Below, in pieces: positions 10,876 to 20,313 of a stretch of DNA of 47,387 bases. Location of the stretch: NCBI GenBank assembly GCA_963807635.1, contig CAWEDJ010000079.1, forward strand, positions 1 through 47,387, given 5' to 3'. The DNA is from an uncultured cyanobacterium (GTDB lineage: Bacteria > Cyanobacteriota > Cyanobacteriia > Cyanobacteriales > Microcystaceae). The notes beneath the pieces were generated by a model. It worked only from the letters and a program-made list of their open reading frames with translations. It was not told the DNA's origin and did no database searches. Position 1 is the first letter of the stretch; each line of letters begins with the position of its first letter. Both the position numbers and the translations under genes were made by a program.

Positions 10876-11928
10876 CTATCGCTCACTATTGGTTACGCTT
10901 GTTGCTTCTGGGTTCATAGCGTCTTCCGTCCAAGCTTGAATTCGGGTTGAGACTTGATTATCAAAAGCCTCTTTGGCCAAACGAACGGCATTAAAGATAG
11001 AAGGTGCGCGGGAACTCCCATGACTAATAATACAGATCCCGTCCACTCCAAACAATAAGGCTCCCCCATGTTCGGCATGGTCAATGCGTTGTTTGAGGTT
11101 TTTGAGATTGGGTTTGAGGATGGCCGTTCCCAGCATTCCTCGCCATCCCTGGGGCAATTCTTCTTTCATAATGCTGAGAACAATTTCTCCCACTGCTTCA
11201 GCAAACTTGAGAACCACATTTCCCACAAAGCCATCACAGACAATCACATCAAAATTACCCGATAAAACGTCTCTGCCTTCAGCGTTGCCAATAAAGGGAA
11301 TGTGGGGATTGGCTTCTAATCTTTCGTAGGTCTGGAGGGCTAAATCATTCCCCTTGGTCGGTTCTTCCCCAATATTGAGCAGTCCCACCTTGGGATCTTC
11401 CGTTCCCATGACGTATTTACTATAAACCGTTCCCATGAGGGCAAATTGTTCTAAATACTTGGGTTTGCAATCCACATTCGCGCCCACATCTAGGACAATG
11501 ACCGATTTATCCGCGAGTAACGTGGGAAAAACCGTCCCGATCGCGGGTCGATCAATGCCTTTGAGCCGTCCTAAGCGCAATAAAGCCGCCGCCATTGCCG
11601 CCCCTGAATGGCCCGCCGAGACGACTGCATCTGCCCGATTCTTTTTGACTAACTCCATCGCCACATTAATCGACGCTTTGGGTTTGCGACGGAGGGCTGT
11701 CAAGGGTTCTTCATCCATCGAAATTACCCCTTCTGCATCCACAATTTCTAAATTTTGGGGACTGGCGGGATGGTGCTTGAGATAGGTCTCGATTTGTGCG
11801 CGATCGCCGACTAGGAGAACTTCCACATCTAATTCTTCACTAGCGCGGATGGCTCCCGCAATAATTTCATCGGGGGCGTGGTCTCCTCCCATTGCGTCTA
11901 AGGCGATTCTGGCGCGAGTTGCTGTCAT
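10876..11928 (-). CDS. plsX: Phosphate acyltransferase PlsX
   Basis: IALDAMGGDHAP, DVGANVD, VCDGFVGN and ISHGSS; directly upstream of fabH. Confidence 0.98.
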   Translation of the reverse strand: MTATRARIALDAMGGDHAPDEIIAGAIRASEELDVEVLLVGDRAQIETYLKHHPASPQNLEIVDAEGVISMDEEPLTALRRKPKASINVAMELVKKNRADAVVSAGHSGAAMAAALLRLGRLKGIDRPAIGTVFPTLLADKSVIVLDVGANVDCKPKYLEQFALMGTVYSKYVMGTEDPKVGLLNIGEEPTKGNDLALQTYERLEANPHIPFIGNAEGRDVLSGNFDVIVCDGFVGNVVLKFAEAVGEIVLSIMKEELPQGWRGMLGTAILKPNLKNLKQRIDHAEHGGALLFGVDGICIISHGSSRAPSIFNAVRLAKEAFDNQVSTRIQAWTEDAMNPEATSVTNSER

Positions 11929-12074
11929 GGGTCAAGGTAATAAAAGCTTTCCAGATTTTAGCAGATACTCCGATCAATTCCGCACTTTCAAAATGTACTG
12001 AATGGGTCACAAAGTCGGCGACTAATTATCCAATAGTGTAAACAATTCTGGTCATGCCGATCAGCCTTTTTTTC

Positions 12075-13004
12075 TTAAAACAACTCTTCCGTCCCCATTT
12101 GCTTTAAAAACGCGATCGCCTGATCGTAGAAACGGAACTTTTTTTCACTCCGACGAAATGCAGGGGTATGTACCATTCGTTTACCATTGAGCCATTCTAC
12201 CCCATGATGTTTGTGCAATAATTCGTGATATAGCACAAATTCGACGACAAAATGGGGAATATCTTTGCGATCCAAGCTAGGACTGAGAACCACTCGGTCT
12301 CTTGCGCTTTCGTAATGCCCTAATTTGCGAGTCGTTAAAATGGAATTCCAACAAAGTCGGGGTTTAATAAAAGACGAATCTAAATATTCCTGACTGACCA
12401 CCCTAAATAATTCGTCTAAATCATGATATTCACCCTGAGCATTTTCTGAAAAAACTTGAGCAATTAGGTCAAGCTCTAAAATAATTTCACGATAGGCTTC
12501 CGAATTAGCAAAACGACGAATCAGGTTTTTGGTTTCAGGTGTTTTTTTGATCAGAACAGATTCCATGACAGACCGAATGAGATGCTTTTCGGCCGCAATA
12601 AATCCTTCACTCAATTGAATATGGGTTAATTGGGGGGTTATTTTAGCTTTATACACCGCAGAAGAGTGGACGAGTTCAATCAATAAAGAAGAGGATTTGG
12701 CAGAATGGGATTTTGTAATGCTGTCAGCCATTTCTAGGGCATGACTAACGACTTGACAATGGCGATGGAGATTCTCCTCATCGGTCAAAAACTCCATCCA
12801 GGCATAGGCCGCACGGGAAGGGGCAGGCAGATCGGCAGGGGTAGCTTGATTTGCTTGACAAAGCTCGTTGATTTCCCTAACTTCTAGCTTGAGAATGGTT
12901 TCTAAACGCTGAAAAATAATTTTTTTCGTCTTCGCCTGTTGAAAAATCATCTGATTAATCAAAGACTGTTGCTTGAGAATATTGGTAATTCTAAATTTAG
13001 CCAT
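12075..13004 (-). CDS. SprT/YgjP-like zinc metalloprotease domain protein
   Basis: C-terminal VLYHELLH (HExxH) with a downstream HTPAFRRSE and LGHY motif. Confidence 0.8.
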   Translation of the reverse strand: MAKFRITNILKQQSLINQMIFQQAKTKKIIFQRLETILKLEVREINELCQANQATPADLPAPSRAAYAWMEFLTDEENLHRHCQVVSHALEMADSITKSHSAKSSSLLIELVHSSAVYKAKITPQLTHIQLSEGFIAAEKHLIRSVMESVLIKKTPETKNLIRRFANSEAYREIILELDLIAQVFSENAQGEYHDLDELFRVVSQEYLDSSFIKPRLCWNSILTTRKLGHYESARDRVVLSPSLDRKDIPHFVVEFVLYHELLHKHHGVEWLNGKRMVHTPAFRRSEKKFRFYDQAIAFLKQMGTEELF

Positions 13005-13107
13005 TGAAAAATTGAAAATAAAGAATGATAATCAGAAAAAGAGAGATTTAGAAGTATTCTAAACGCTTTTGCGGTATGGTGAATTTACATAATTTTCAGG
13101 AAACGTT

Positions 13108-13983
13108 ATGGTCGCTCAATCCCCCACAGAACCCACTTGGTTAACTATTATCCGCCTGCTCCGTTGGGATAAACCCGCAGGTCGATTAATTTTGATGATT
13201 CCTGCACTCTGGGCAGTGGTTTTAGCCGCCAAAGGTTCACCGCCCTTACCCTTGGTCGGAATTATTATTTTGGGAACCCTGGCAACCAGTGGCTTGGGTT
13301 GTGTGGTGAATGATCTCTGGGATCGGGATATTGATCCCCAGGTCGAGCGCACGAAAAACCGTCCCATTGCCGCCCGTGCTTTATCGGTGAAAGTGGGAAT
13401 TGGAATTGCGATTATTTCCCTCATCTGTGCGGCAATTTTAGCTTTTTATCTCAATCCCCTCAGTTTTTGGCTTTGTGTCGGGGCGGTTCCCGTAATTGTG
13501 GGTTATCCCCTCGCCAAACGAGTTTTTCCCGTTCCCCAATTGGTTTTATCCCTTGCCTGGGGTTTTGCGGTTTTAATTAGTTGGTCAGCCGTTACCAGTT
13601 CCCTTGAACCTGCTACCTGGGTTTTATGGGGCGCGACGATTTTTTGGACATTGGGATTTGATACGGTTTACGCGATCGCGGATCGGGAAGATGATCTCCG
13701 CATTGGCATTAATTCGAGTGCGATCTTTTTTGGCAAATATGTGGGGGAAGCGGTGGGAATCTTTTTTGCTGCGACCATTGGTTCCCTCATTTATCTCGGT
13801 ACGATTTTGCCGTTAAATATTTTTTATTGGATTAGTTTAGCGATCGCGGTTGTGGGTTGGGGAATCCAATATATTCGTCTCAGTCAACCCGATGTTCCTG
13901 CGTTTACCTATGGTCAAATTTTTGGACAAAATGTTTGGTTAGGCTTTATTTTATTGGCGGGAATGATAATCGGATGGCTATAA
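13108..13983 (+). CDS. plqA: 4-hydroxybenzoate solanesyltransferase (UbiA family, plastoquinone synthesis)
   Basis: LLRWDKPAG, NDLWDRDIDPQVERTKNRP and DTVYAIADREDD; multiple TM helices. Confidence 0.95.
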   Translation: MVAQSPTEPTWLTIIRLLRWDKPAGRLILMIPALWAVVLAAKGSPPLPLVGIIILGTLATSGLGCVVNDLWDRDIDPQVERTKNRPIAARALSVKVGIGIAIISLICAAILAFYLNPLSFWLCVGAVPVIVGYPLAKRVFPVPQLVLSLAWGFAVLISWSAVTSSLEPATWVLWGATIFWTLGFDTVYAIADREDDLRIGINSSAIFFGKYVGEAVGIFFAATIGSLIYLGTILPLNIFYWISLAIAVVGWGIQYIRLSQPDVPAFTYGQIFGQNVWLGFILLAGMIIGWL

Positions 13984-14046
13984 AAAAATGTTAGGGGCGA
14001 TCGCGGTTTTAATTAGAAATTACGAGATCGACGATTCGCGTTCAGA

Positions 14047-14055
14047 TGCTATAAT
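14047..14055 (+). promoter_or_regulatory. Extended -10 promoter (TGnTATAAT) of brnT, probably giving a leaderless mRNA
   Basis: TGCTATAAT lies 6 nt before ATG 14062, with no Shine-Dalgarno. Confidence 0.6.
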
Positions 14056-14061
14056 TGCTCC

Positions 14062-14361
14062 ATGAACATTCAAGAAAATGGATTTGAATGGGACACAGGA
14101 AATATAGCCAAATGCCAGAAGCATGGCCTTTCTCTTGAAGAAATTGAAGCTTTTTTTCGGCGTAAAATATTTGTTGCGCCCGATCTCAAACATTCTGAAG
14201 AAGAAGAGCGATTTCTTGCGGTAGGTTACTCGTCAGACGGAAAGCCTATGTTTGTCGTTTTCACGATACGAAGCAATCTTATTAGACCTATTTCTGCTCG
14301 ATATATGCACAAAAAAGAGGCTCGAAACTATGAAAAGAATTTTACCCAAAATGATGAGTGA
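14062..14361 (+). CDS. brnT: BrnT family ribonuclease toxin
   Basis: FEWDTGN..KHGLSLEE, HSEEEERFLAVG and IRPISARYMHKKE. Confidence 0.92.
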   Translation: MNIQENGFEWDTGNIAKCQKHGLSLEEIEAFFRRKIFVAPDLKHSEEEERFLAVGYSSDGKPMFVVFTIRSNLIRPISARYMHKKEARNYEKNFTQNDE

Positions 14362-14611
14362 TGAGGAAGCTGAATCTCTTCTTTCGGCTGATCTTTCTGA
14401 ATACTTGACTCCAGAAAACTTTAAGGCAAACTTCACACCAGTATCTTTCGAGTTTCCTGCTAAAGAAGAAACGATAAGCATACAACTTTCTCCTGAGTTG
14501 CTCGACGCAGTAAAAATGGCTTCTGCAAAAAGAGGAATAGGGGATCAGAAGTTTATATTGGCATTAATTGAGTGGGCTGTTAGACAGGATTCAACAAGCT
14601 TTCCTATTTGA
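14330..14611 (+). CDS. BrnA/CopG-like antitoxin
   Basis: Overlaps the brnT 3' end. SDEEAE..L..DLSEY and a C-terminal RHH-like TISIQLSPELLDAVK..AKRGI. Confidence 0.85.
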   Translation: MKRILPKMMSDEEAESLLSADLSEYLTPENFKANFTPVSFEFPAKEETISIQLSPELLDAVKMASAKRGIGDQKFILALIEWAVRQDSTSFPI

Positions 14612-14744
14612 TAGAGATCGCGTTTTTAAGTTGAAACAGTGAAGGCGATCGCGTTCTAAATTTTCAAGTTGCGATCGCGTCTTAATAAGTCTTCCTAAAG
14701 GTGATCGCGGTTTTAAATTGAAATGATAAAGAACTTAGGGGGAT

Positions 14745-14945
14745 TTACGAGATTTTTCTGTCAAATTCTGGCGACAATGGCCTACTAATAATTTTATTGC
14801 TAATTTTTATTTTCTGAAGTTAAAGTTAGTAATTAAGGTGAATGGTGATAGTTATGTTACGGATTTAGGTTTGGTTTATGATGAAGAAAGAGCGAGGTTT
14901 TAAGAGGGTTATGGTTTACAAATAATTCGGTTTATGAATAAATAA
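14745..14945 (+). pseudogene. Decayed DUF559 (Vsr-like PD-(D/E)xK) endonuclease remnant
   Basis: Translates LRDFSVKFWRQWPTNNFIANFYFLKLKLVIKVNGDSYVTDLGLVYDEERARF*EGYGLQIIRFMNK*. This matches the DUF559 pattern RQ.PI..FIVDFY...KLVIEIDGDSH....YD.ER...L..YGL.VIRF.N. No start codon; internal stop at 14901. Confidence 0.8.
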
Positions 14946-15015
14946 TATTTTGTTTTTTATTGTATAAAAAATTATTTTGCTTTTTTGCAATAAACAAGAA
15001 ACAAATCACAATAAA

Positions 15016-15988
15016 TCAAGAAAATGAATATAACTCCCAGTCAACAATAATATTATTTTCATCTTTTACAATTACAACTTCATCTTTACCAGTACTCCTA
15101 TTTTTAAAGCTATTTAGCAAATCTTGATATCCAGTCCTACTTATTTTCATAGCACGACGAGAATTTTTGCTTTTAAAATATTTCCATTGATCTTCTTTGC
15201 GAATAATTAATCGTATAGAAACATCTTTAGCTTTTATTTTTTCCCCTTGTAAATATGTCCTATCTTGTCTCGATATTAAATAGAGACTCTTTGTGATTAA
15301 GGCATCAAAGGAAAATGCAATACAGGTAGCTTCGTTAACATAATTTGACAAATCATTATAAGGAGAATTTGCGTCTGCATCATGAGCCGCATTATGTCTT
15401 CTTGATACCGCATTTTTAAAGCTATCTATTGGACTAACTAGAGTTACCTCAGCTAAATTGGTAATTTCTCGAATAGCATCCCATCCTCCATCAACCCCAA
15501 AAATAGTTAGCGACTGATTAATGTCCTCATGGCCTAAATTGGACTGAATCCAGCCCATAGAAAAAGGTGATAACTCATATGAGTCTATTTGCGTACTAGC
15601 AATTTTGCTACTTTTCTTGAACAAATAAAATTTGACGATTAATATCTATTTTTTGTTTATTCATTTTCTCAATTTCTGCTGATATACCTTTTAAAGCATT
15701 AATAGTAGAAGCTTTTTTTAATCTTTCAGGTAACTCATTAAAGGCAATTGGATTATTCCTAATTGTACCGACTTGGGAAAGAACTTCTATTGCTCTTTTT
15801 TTCAAAAAATCTTCCAAAATACTGTAGCCAATGACGGCTAACCCATTTCTTAACATTCTAGCTCGTTCGTCATGTAGAGAATCAACAAGAGTATCAACCA
15901 TTATCATAGTCTCTTGATTATCCAAAGACAAGGCATTTTTGAATATTTTAATTCCATTAAGAAATTTATGACGTGCTGTTATATCCAT
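15016..15988 (-). CDS. HEPN-domain protein, about 323 aa (one frameshift in the A run at about 15612-15615)
   Basis: N-terminal helix LAVIGYSILEDFL carries the conserved E, and the Rx4H motif is SRRHNAAH. The two ORFs join at QE|SSKIAST; there is an extra C-terminal domain. Confidence 0.8.
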
Positions 15989-16057
15989 AGAAGAAAAATA
16001 ATAAATTTCAGAAAAAACTCTAAGCAAGAAACCTCATAAATACAAAATAAATTAAGG

Positions 16058-17149
16058 TTAGATATTTACACTCAATACCTTGCTTAAAATTTCATTCATC
16101 TTTTTAATTCTATATTCCACATTTTCTGGATTAGAAGTGAATTTTCTGATAGAATCCTCAAACTTCTTATCTGTTTCGTATTCTTTTGTAAATTCATCTC
16201 GGATTTGCTTACTCTTATTATCATCAATAATATTTTTATACTTAAGAAAAAGCGATACTGAAACCATCTGAAGATTATAAAAGCCTTGAACGACTAAATT
16301 GCGTACAGAATCGCCACTTGGTCTCATAAAAGCCTGCTTACCCCATATTTTAGAACAAAGACCAATACTTTCTTCAAAAATCTCTTTTAATTCTTGGCAT
16401 TTTTGATCGTCTGAATTTTGATTGTGTTGCATGAATTTATCCATTGCCACGTGAAAGTTTCCTCCAAAATTTTTCCATGTTTCTCTCAAAGTGAAAAATC
16501 TTAAGACATATTCAACATCAACCATTTCTCGGTAAAGTTTATTTTCTTTTTTCTTTTTTTCATCGATTTTTAGTTGCTGATGTAAAATCGAATTTTCAGA
16601 TAAGCTAATAATGAGGTCATTTAGTGAACCTCGATAAAGAACATTTCTCAATTCTTGAGAAAGTAATATATCTCCCCCTGTATTTAATCTTTTAAAAACT
16701 TCATATTTAAGGTTTTGATTAGATTGTTTTAATAATGTTGTAACCCTTAAATAAGGTCTAATAGTTAATGTGTTTTGCATTTCAGGCGGAAGTTGATTAA
16801 ATGTTATTCCTTCAAGTTCTTGAAAATCTTCTAAGCCAGATAGCTTCATTTCTTGTGACATAAATTCATAAATTGATGTAATTCTTTGTTTCCCATCAAT
16901 AATTGAATACTTGCCATATTCATCTTCTGCAAGATAAATGGGAGGAACTGGTATGTTTAACAAGAAAGATTCAATTAAAGCAGATTTTTTTTGTTCATTC
17001 CATCTTTCACGGCGTTGATAAGGGGGGGCTATGTCTATTGCTCCAGATTTAACCATAGAAGAAATAGAACCCAGTGATAAATCAGCAGATTGAATGACTA
17101 ACTGATTTTGTGCATTTAGAAATTTGTCTAAGATACTTTTGTTACTCAT
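16058..17149 (-). CDS. DUF262 (GmrS/ParB-Srx-like NTPase) domain protein
   Basis: PPYQRRERW, LIESFLLNIPVPPIY, IIDGKQRITSI and VFKRLNTGG. No DUF1524/HNH motif visible in the C-terminus. Confidence 0.92.
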   Translation of the reverse strand: MSNKSILDKFLNAQNQLVIQSADLSLGSISSMVKSGAIDIAPPYQRRERWNEQKKSALIESFLLNIPVPPIYLAEDEYGKYSIIDGKQRITSIYEFMSQEMKLSGLEDFQELEGITFNQLPPEMQNTLTIRPYLRVTTLLKQSNQNLKYEVFKRLNTGGDILLSQELRNVLYRGSLNDLIISLSENSILHQQLKIDEKKKKENKLYREMVDVEYVLRFFTLRETWKNFGGNFHVAMDKFMQHNQNSDDQKCQELKEIFEESIGLCSKIWGKQAFMRPSGDSVRNLVVQGFYNLQMVSVSLFLKYKNIIDDNKSKQIRDEFTKEYETDKKFEDSIRKFTSNPENVEYRIKKMNEILSKVLSVNI

Positions 17150-17281
17150 AATTATTTTTATGCAATGAGGCTCTAGTAAGTGATTCACTTAATGTTAAGA
17201 ATTTTAAGCTCTCATCAATGATCACAAGAAACCTAAAAATGATTGTAGCTATTATATGCAATTTTTGTGACTTCCGATCTT

Positions 17282-17311
17282 GTAGAGTGTGTTAATGGAA
17301 TGTAACGCGCC
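17282..17311. repeat. Degenerate GTAG-type REP-like hairpin
   Basis: GTAG-AGTGTGTTA-atggaatg-TAACGCGCC resembles cyanobacterial GTAGGGTGCGTTA...TAACGCACC repeats. Confidence 0.5.
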
Positions 17312-17438
17312 TTATTTTTAGTGCGATCGCCCTTTACCCTCTCAACCTAAAAATGTGATCTTGTTTGAAGACGAGACTAATTAAACTTACTGGAACCTTA
17401 AGCAGTACATTAAAATTGACAAACAAGAGGACAACACC

Positions 17439-17735
17439 ATGACAGAACAAGAACAACTCACCCGAATCCTTACCCTAGTCGAATTAACCAATTCCAGACT
17501 AGATAAGCTTGATCAAGACATTCAGATTGCAAACCAGCGTATTCAAACCGAGGCTAAAAACGCTTCCGACCGATTAGAAACTGAGGTTAAACGCTGGGAC
17601 GATCGCTTCTTCCAACTTGTCAAAGAACAAGGTCAGACCGCCCGAACAATCATCATTGCCGCCGCTTCCGTCGTAGTCCTTAGCCCCGTATTAGGAGCCG
17701 TCACAGACCTTGCCAGTAAATTTTTATCCCGATAA
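17439..17735 (+). CDS. Small hypothetical coiled-coil protein with C-terminal hydrophobic helix
   Basis: GAGGA RBS, heptad-like N-terminus, and TIIIAAASVVVLSPVLGAV. Confidence 0.8.
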   Translation: MTEQEQLTRILTLVELTNSRLDKLDQDIQIANQRIQTEAKNASDRLETEVKRWDDRFFQLVKEQGQTARTIIIAAASVVVLSPVLGAVTDLASKFLSR

Positions 17736-17738
17736 AAA

Positions 17739-18224
17739 ATGCGATCGCAACCTCTATTCACATTCATATTAACCATTGGAGAAGCAACCCAAAACTTAGG
17801 CAGACAATTGGGAAAATCTCTTCCTCCAGGAACCATTTTATTGCTCAAGGGAGACCTGGGCGCAGGAAAAACCACCTTAGTTCAAGGCATTGGGGAAGGA
17901 TTAGGCATTACCGATGCCATTGTTAGCCCTACCTTTACCCTGATTAATGAATATCCTGAAGGTCGTATTCCCCTTTATCATCTCGATTTGTATCGCCTGG
18001 AACCCTCAGAAGTGCGATCGCTGTATCTAGAACAATATTGGGAAGGTCGAGAATTTCCCTTGGGAATCGTGGCGATCGAATGGCCAGAACGATTACCCTT
18101 TAAACCCGATCGCTATTTAGAAATTAATTTAAACCACAGAGAAGATCAAGGTCGTCAAGTTACTGTGGAATGGCAGGGAGAAAACCTGATCGCCCTCGAA
18201 AAAATCCTCGAAAATTTCATCTAA
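17739..18224 (+). CDS. tsaE: tRNA threonylcarbamoyladenosine biosynthesis ATPase TsaE
   Basis: GDLGAGKTT, SPTFTLINEY, YHLDLYRL and IEWPERL. Confidence 0.97.
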   Translation: MRSQPLFTFILTIGEATQNLGRQLGKSLPPGTILLLKGDLGAGKTTLVQGIGEGLGITDAIVSPTFTLINEYPEGRIPLYHLDLYRLEPSEVRSLYLEQYWEGREFPLGIVAIEWPERLPFKPDRYLEINLNHREDQGRQVTVEWQGENLIALEKILENFI

Positions 18225-18297
18225 ACCTAAAAATAATGGGGGACTCAACTATTGAAAAATCCCCCTAATATCGGCTCAACTTTATGGGCAATAACGG

Positions 18298-18414
18298 TTA
18301 ATCTAAATCAAATTGACTACCGCGTTTGTATTGTAAATAAGCAGCCGTAAAAAGTCCCGCTAAAGTGACAGGAATTAAACCTAATACAATACCTAATAAG
18401 AGGGGTTCGATCAC
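18298..18414 (-). CDS. petG: Cytochrome b6-f complex subunit V (PetG), 38 aa
   Basis: GTG start with AAGGAG RBS; translates [38 protein letters not shown]. Below the ORF-track size cutoff. Confidence 0.97.
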   Translation of the reverse strand: MIEPLLLGIVLGLIPVTLAGLFTAAYLQYKRGSQFDLD

Positions 18415-18497
18415 GGGCTATCTCCTTGATATGACTAATTACCTTCCTTTATCCTAATGCCATAGCTCCCCTTAATCCTATTCTTTTCCAGAATTTT

Positions 18498-19103
18498 TTA
18501 GAGTTTGCTCTTCGCGATCGCCTGAATATCCCGAATCGAAAAAAGCGTCCGAAAGCCCAATCCCTGTTCTTGATAAAAGGCCGCGCCTCCCTGTTCTCGA
18601 TCAATCAACGAAAAAACCTCTTCTACAATATATCCTGCTCCCCGTAAACGTTCCACCGCCAACATCGCCGACTTGCCCGTTGTCACCACATCTTCTAAGA
18701 CCACCACCTTTGACCCTTCAGCCAGATCGGGGCCTTCAATATAGGCTTGGGTTCCGTGACCTTTGGCTTCTTTGCGGATAATGAAAGCAGGAAGCGGACG
18801 ATTTTCGTAGGCAGACACCACACTCACCGCCGTCACAATTGGATCGGCTCCCAGGGTTAAACCTGCCACCGCATCCGTATCGGGGGATAGTTGGGCTAAA
18901 ACCAACCGACCGATCGCCAAAGCTCCATCCGCCCTGAGCGTCACCTTTTTTCCGTTGAGATAATAGGTACTGGGTTGCCCCGAAGATAAGACAAAATCCC
19001 CTTCTTGATAAGCTAAATCCGCAAAAAGTTTTAATAAATAATGGCGCAGTTCGGTCAGATCAGCCGTCGCAATATCAGAAATCGGGGAAAAATCAGCCTT
19101 CAT
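18498..19103 (-). CDS. pyrE: Orotate phosphoribosyltransferase
   Basis: FVLSSGQPSTYY, RKEAKGHG and the PRPP loop VLEDVVTTGKS. Start placed at MKADF. Confidence 0.97.
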   Translation of the reverse strand: MKADFSPISDIATADLTELRHYLLKLFADLAYQEGDFVLSSGQPSTYYLNGKKVTLRADGALAIGRLVLAQLSPDTDAVAGLTLGADPIVTAVSVVSAYENRPLPAFIIRKEAKGHGTQAYIEGPDLAEGSKVVVLEDVVTTGKSAMLAVERLRGAGYIVEEVFSLIDREQGGAAFYQEQGLGFRTLFSIRDIQAIAKSKL

Positions 19104-19345
19104 AGGGAAATAACCGTGAAAATTAAAGTGAAAAAGGTCAGGGGGAAAAAGTAACATTAACTTAATTTTGATCGAATTTTGTCCCACTTGATCAGAATCT
19201 AGCTTAGAATTGGGCAGAAATATTAAATCAACGCATTTTTTCAGGCTTAATCTCTTGGCTCATCCTGCTTTAGCCATTACAATTGAGGTGAAGAGATCGG
19301 CGATCGCCGTCCTGTGGTCAGGATTCATTTAGGGGTAACTATACT

Positions 19346-20137
19346 ATGAAAATTATGAAAAACGGAATTCTAACCTGGGGTCACTCTTTCGGACTAGGAA
19401 TGATTTTAGCAGGAACTTTTTGGGGACTGGCGGCCACGGCTCAATCCCAGCCTGTTGTTTCCAATGTCGGCAATATGGCTCCCCCCTCATCGGCGATCGT
19501 TCCTAGCACTGCTACCACCTCTCCCGAACTGGCTCAGGATTACGCAAATTATCATAGTGTCCTCAATCAAGTCACCAAAATCAGCCAATTTAGGGATGTG
19601 TCCCCCCAAAACTGGTCTTACGAAGCTTTAAAAAATTTAGTAGAAAACTACGGTTGTATCGTGGGTTATCCCGATGGAACCTATCGTGGCGATCGCGCCC
19701 TGACCCGTTATGAATTCGCCGCAGGTTTGAATGCTTGTTTGGGGCAAATCGAAAAACGCATCCTAGAAGCTCGTGGTCAAGGTCTTTCTGTTGAGGGTGG
19801 AATGAACACTTCGGTAATGACGGGAGTTCAACCAGGCGAGCCTTTACCAACGGTTTTTAATCGTGCCTTTTATAACGATACAGGTCGTTTCTATGACATC
19901 ACCGATCTGTCAGGTCAGGCTAATAAAATTTTTGGATGGCGGAGTTGGACGGGTTCCTATTTTGATAATCAAATTGCCAATGATGGCCAAACCTTTGAAG
20001 CGGTTTATGATGATGCCCTCCGTCAACAAACGGCAGGAACTCGAATTCGCACGCGAGATCTAGCGAATCCTTTTAATAGCACCCTGCAAGATAATCCTTC
20101 CTATCTGCGACTGGGCAATCCCTCTAATCAATTTTAA
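19346..20137 (+). CDS. Exported SLH-domain protein (porin-type N-terminus, no beta-barrel)
   Basis: Signal peptide, then QVTKISQFRDVSPQNWSYEALKNLVENYGCIVGYPDGTYRGDRALTRYEFAAGLNACL, which is the SLH of SomA/B-type porins; only 263 aa. Confidence 0.88.
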   Translation: MKIMKNGILTWGHSFGLGMILAGTFWGLAATAQSQPVVSNVGNMAPPSSAIVPSTATTSPELAQDYANYHSVLNQVTKISQFRDVSPQNWSYEALKNLVENYGCIVGYPDGTYRGDRALTRYEFAAGLNACLGQIEKRILEARGQGLSVEGGMNTSVMTGVQPGEPLPTVFNRAFYNDTGRFYDITDLSGQANKIFGWRSWTGSYFDNQIANDGQTFEAVYDDALRQQTAGTRIRTRDLANPFNSTLQDNPSYLRLGNPSNQF

Positions 20138-20281
20138 AAGCTGAAATGTGACTTGAAAGCTTGGATTGTGAGCTAATTTCTAAGGTGAACTATCCGCAGA
20201 CAAAACCTATGAAGGGGTTTGCGGTCTCTTGGGCGATCGCGCTGCTATTCATATTGATAGAAGCAGGTCGATTTTTCTGAT

Positions 20282-20313
20282 ATTGTCTGCTTTTTTGTTA
20301 TTAAGCAGACAAT
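20282..20313. repeat. Perfect 11-bp inverted repeat, possibly a terminator
   Basis: ATTGTCTGCTT-N10-AAGCAGACAAT between convergent genes. Confidence 0.5.

Noticed and set aside
14614..14725. Short repeats with variable spacers as a CRISPR array or integron attC sites
   Set aside because: The repeats are HIP1-centred, irregular and too short. No cas or integrase gene and no attC R-box structure were seen.
15016..15988. HEPN gene as half of a HEPN/MNT toxin-antitoxin pair
   Set aside because: No nucleotidyltransferase (GS...DxD) gene is adjacent; the linked partner is DUF262.
598..18224. tsaB and tsaE in one window as a t6A cluster
   Set aside because: They are about 16.5 kb apart on opposite strands with unrelated genes between.
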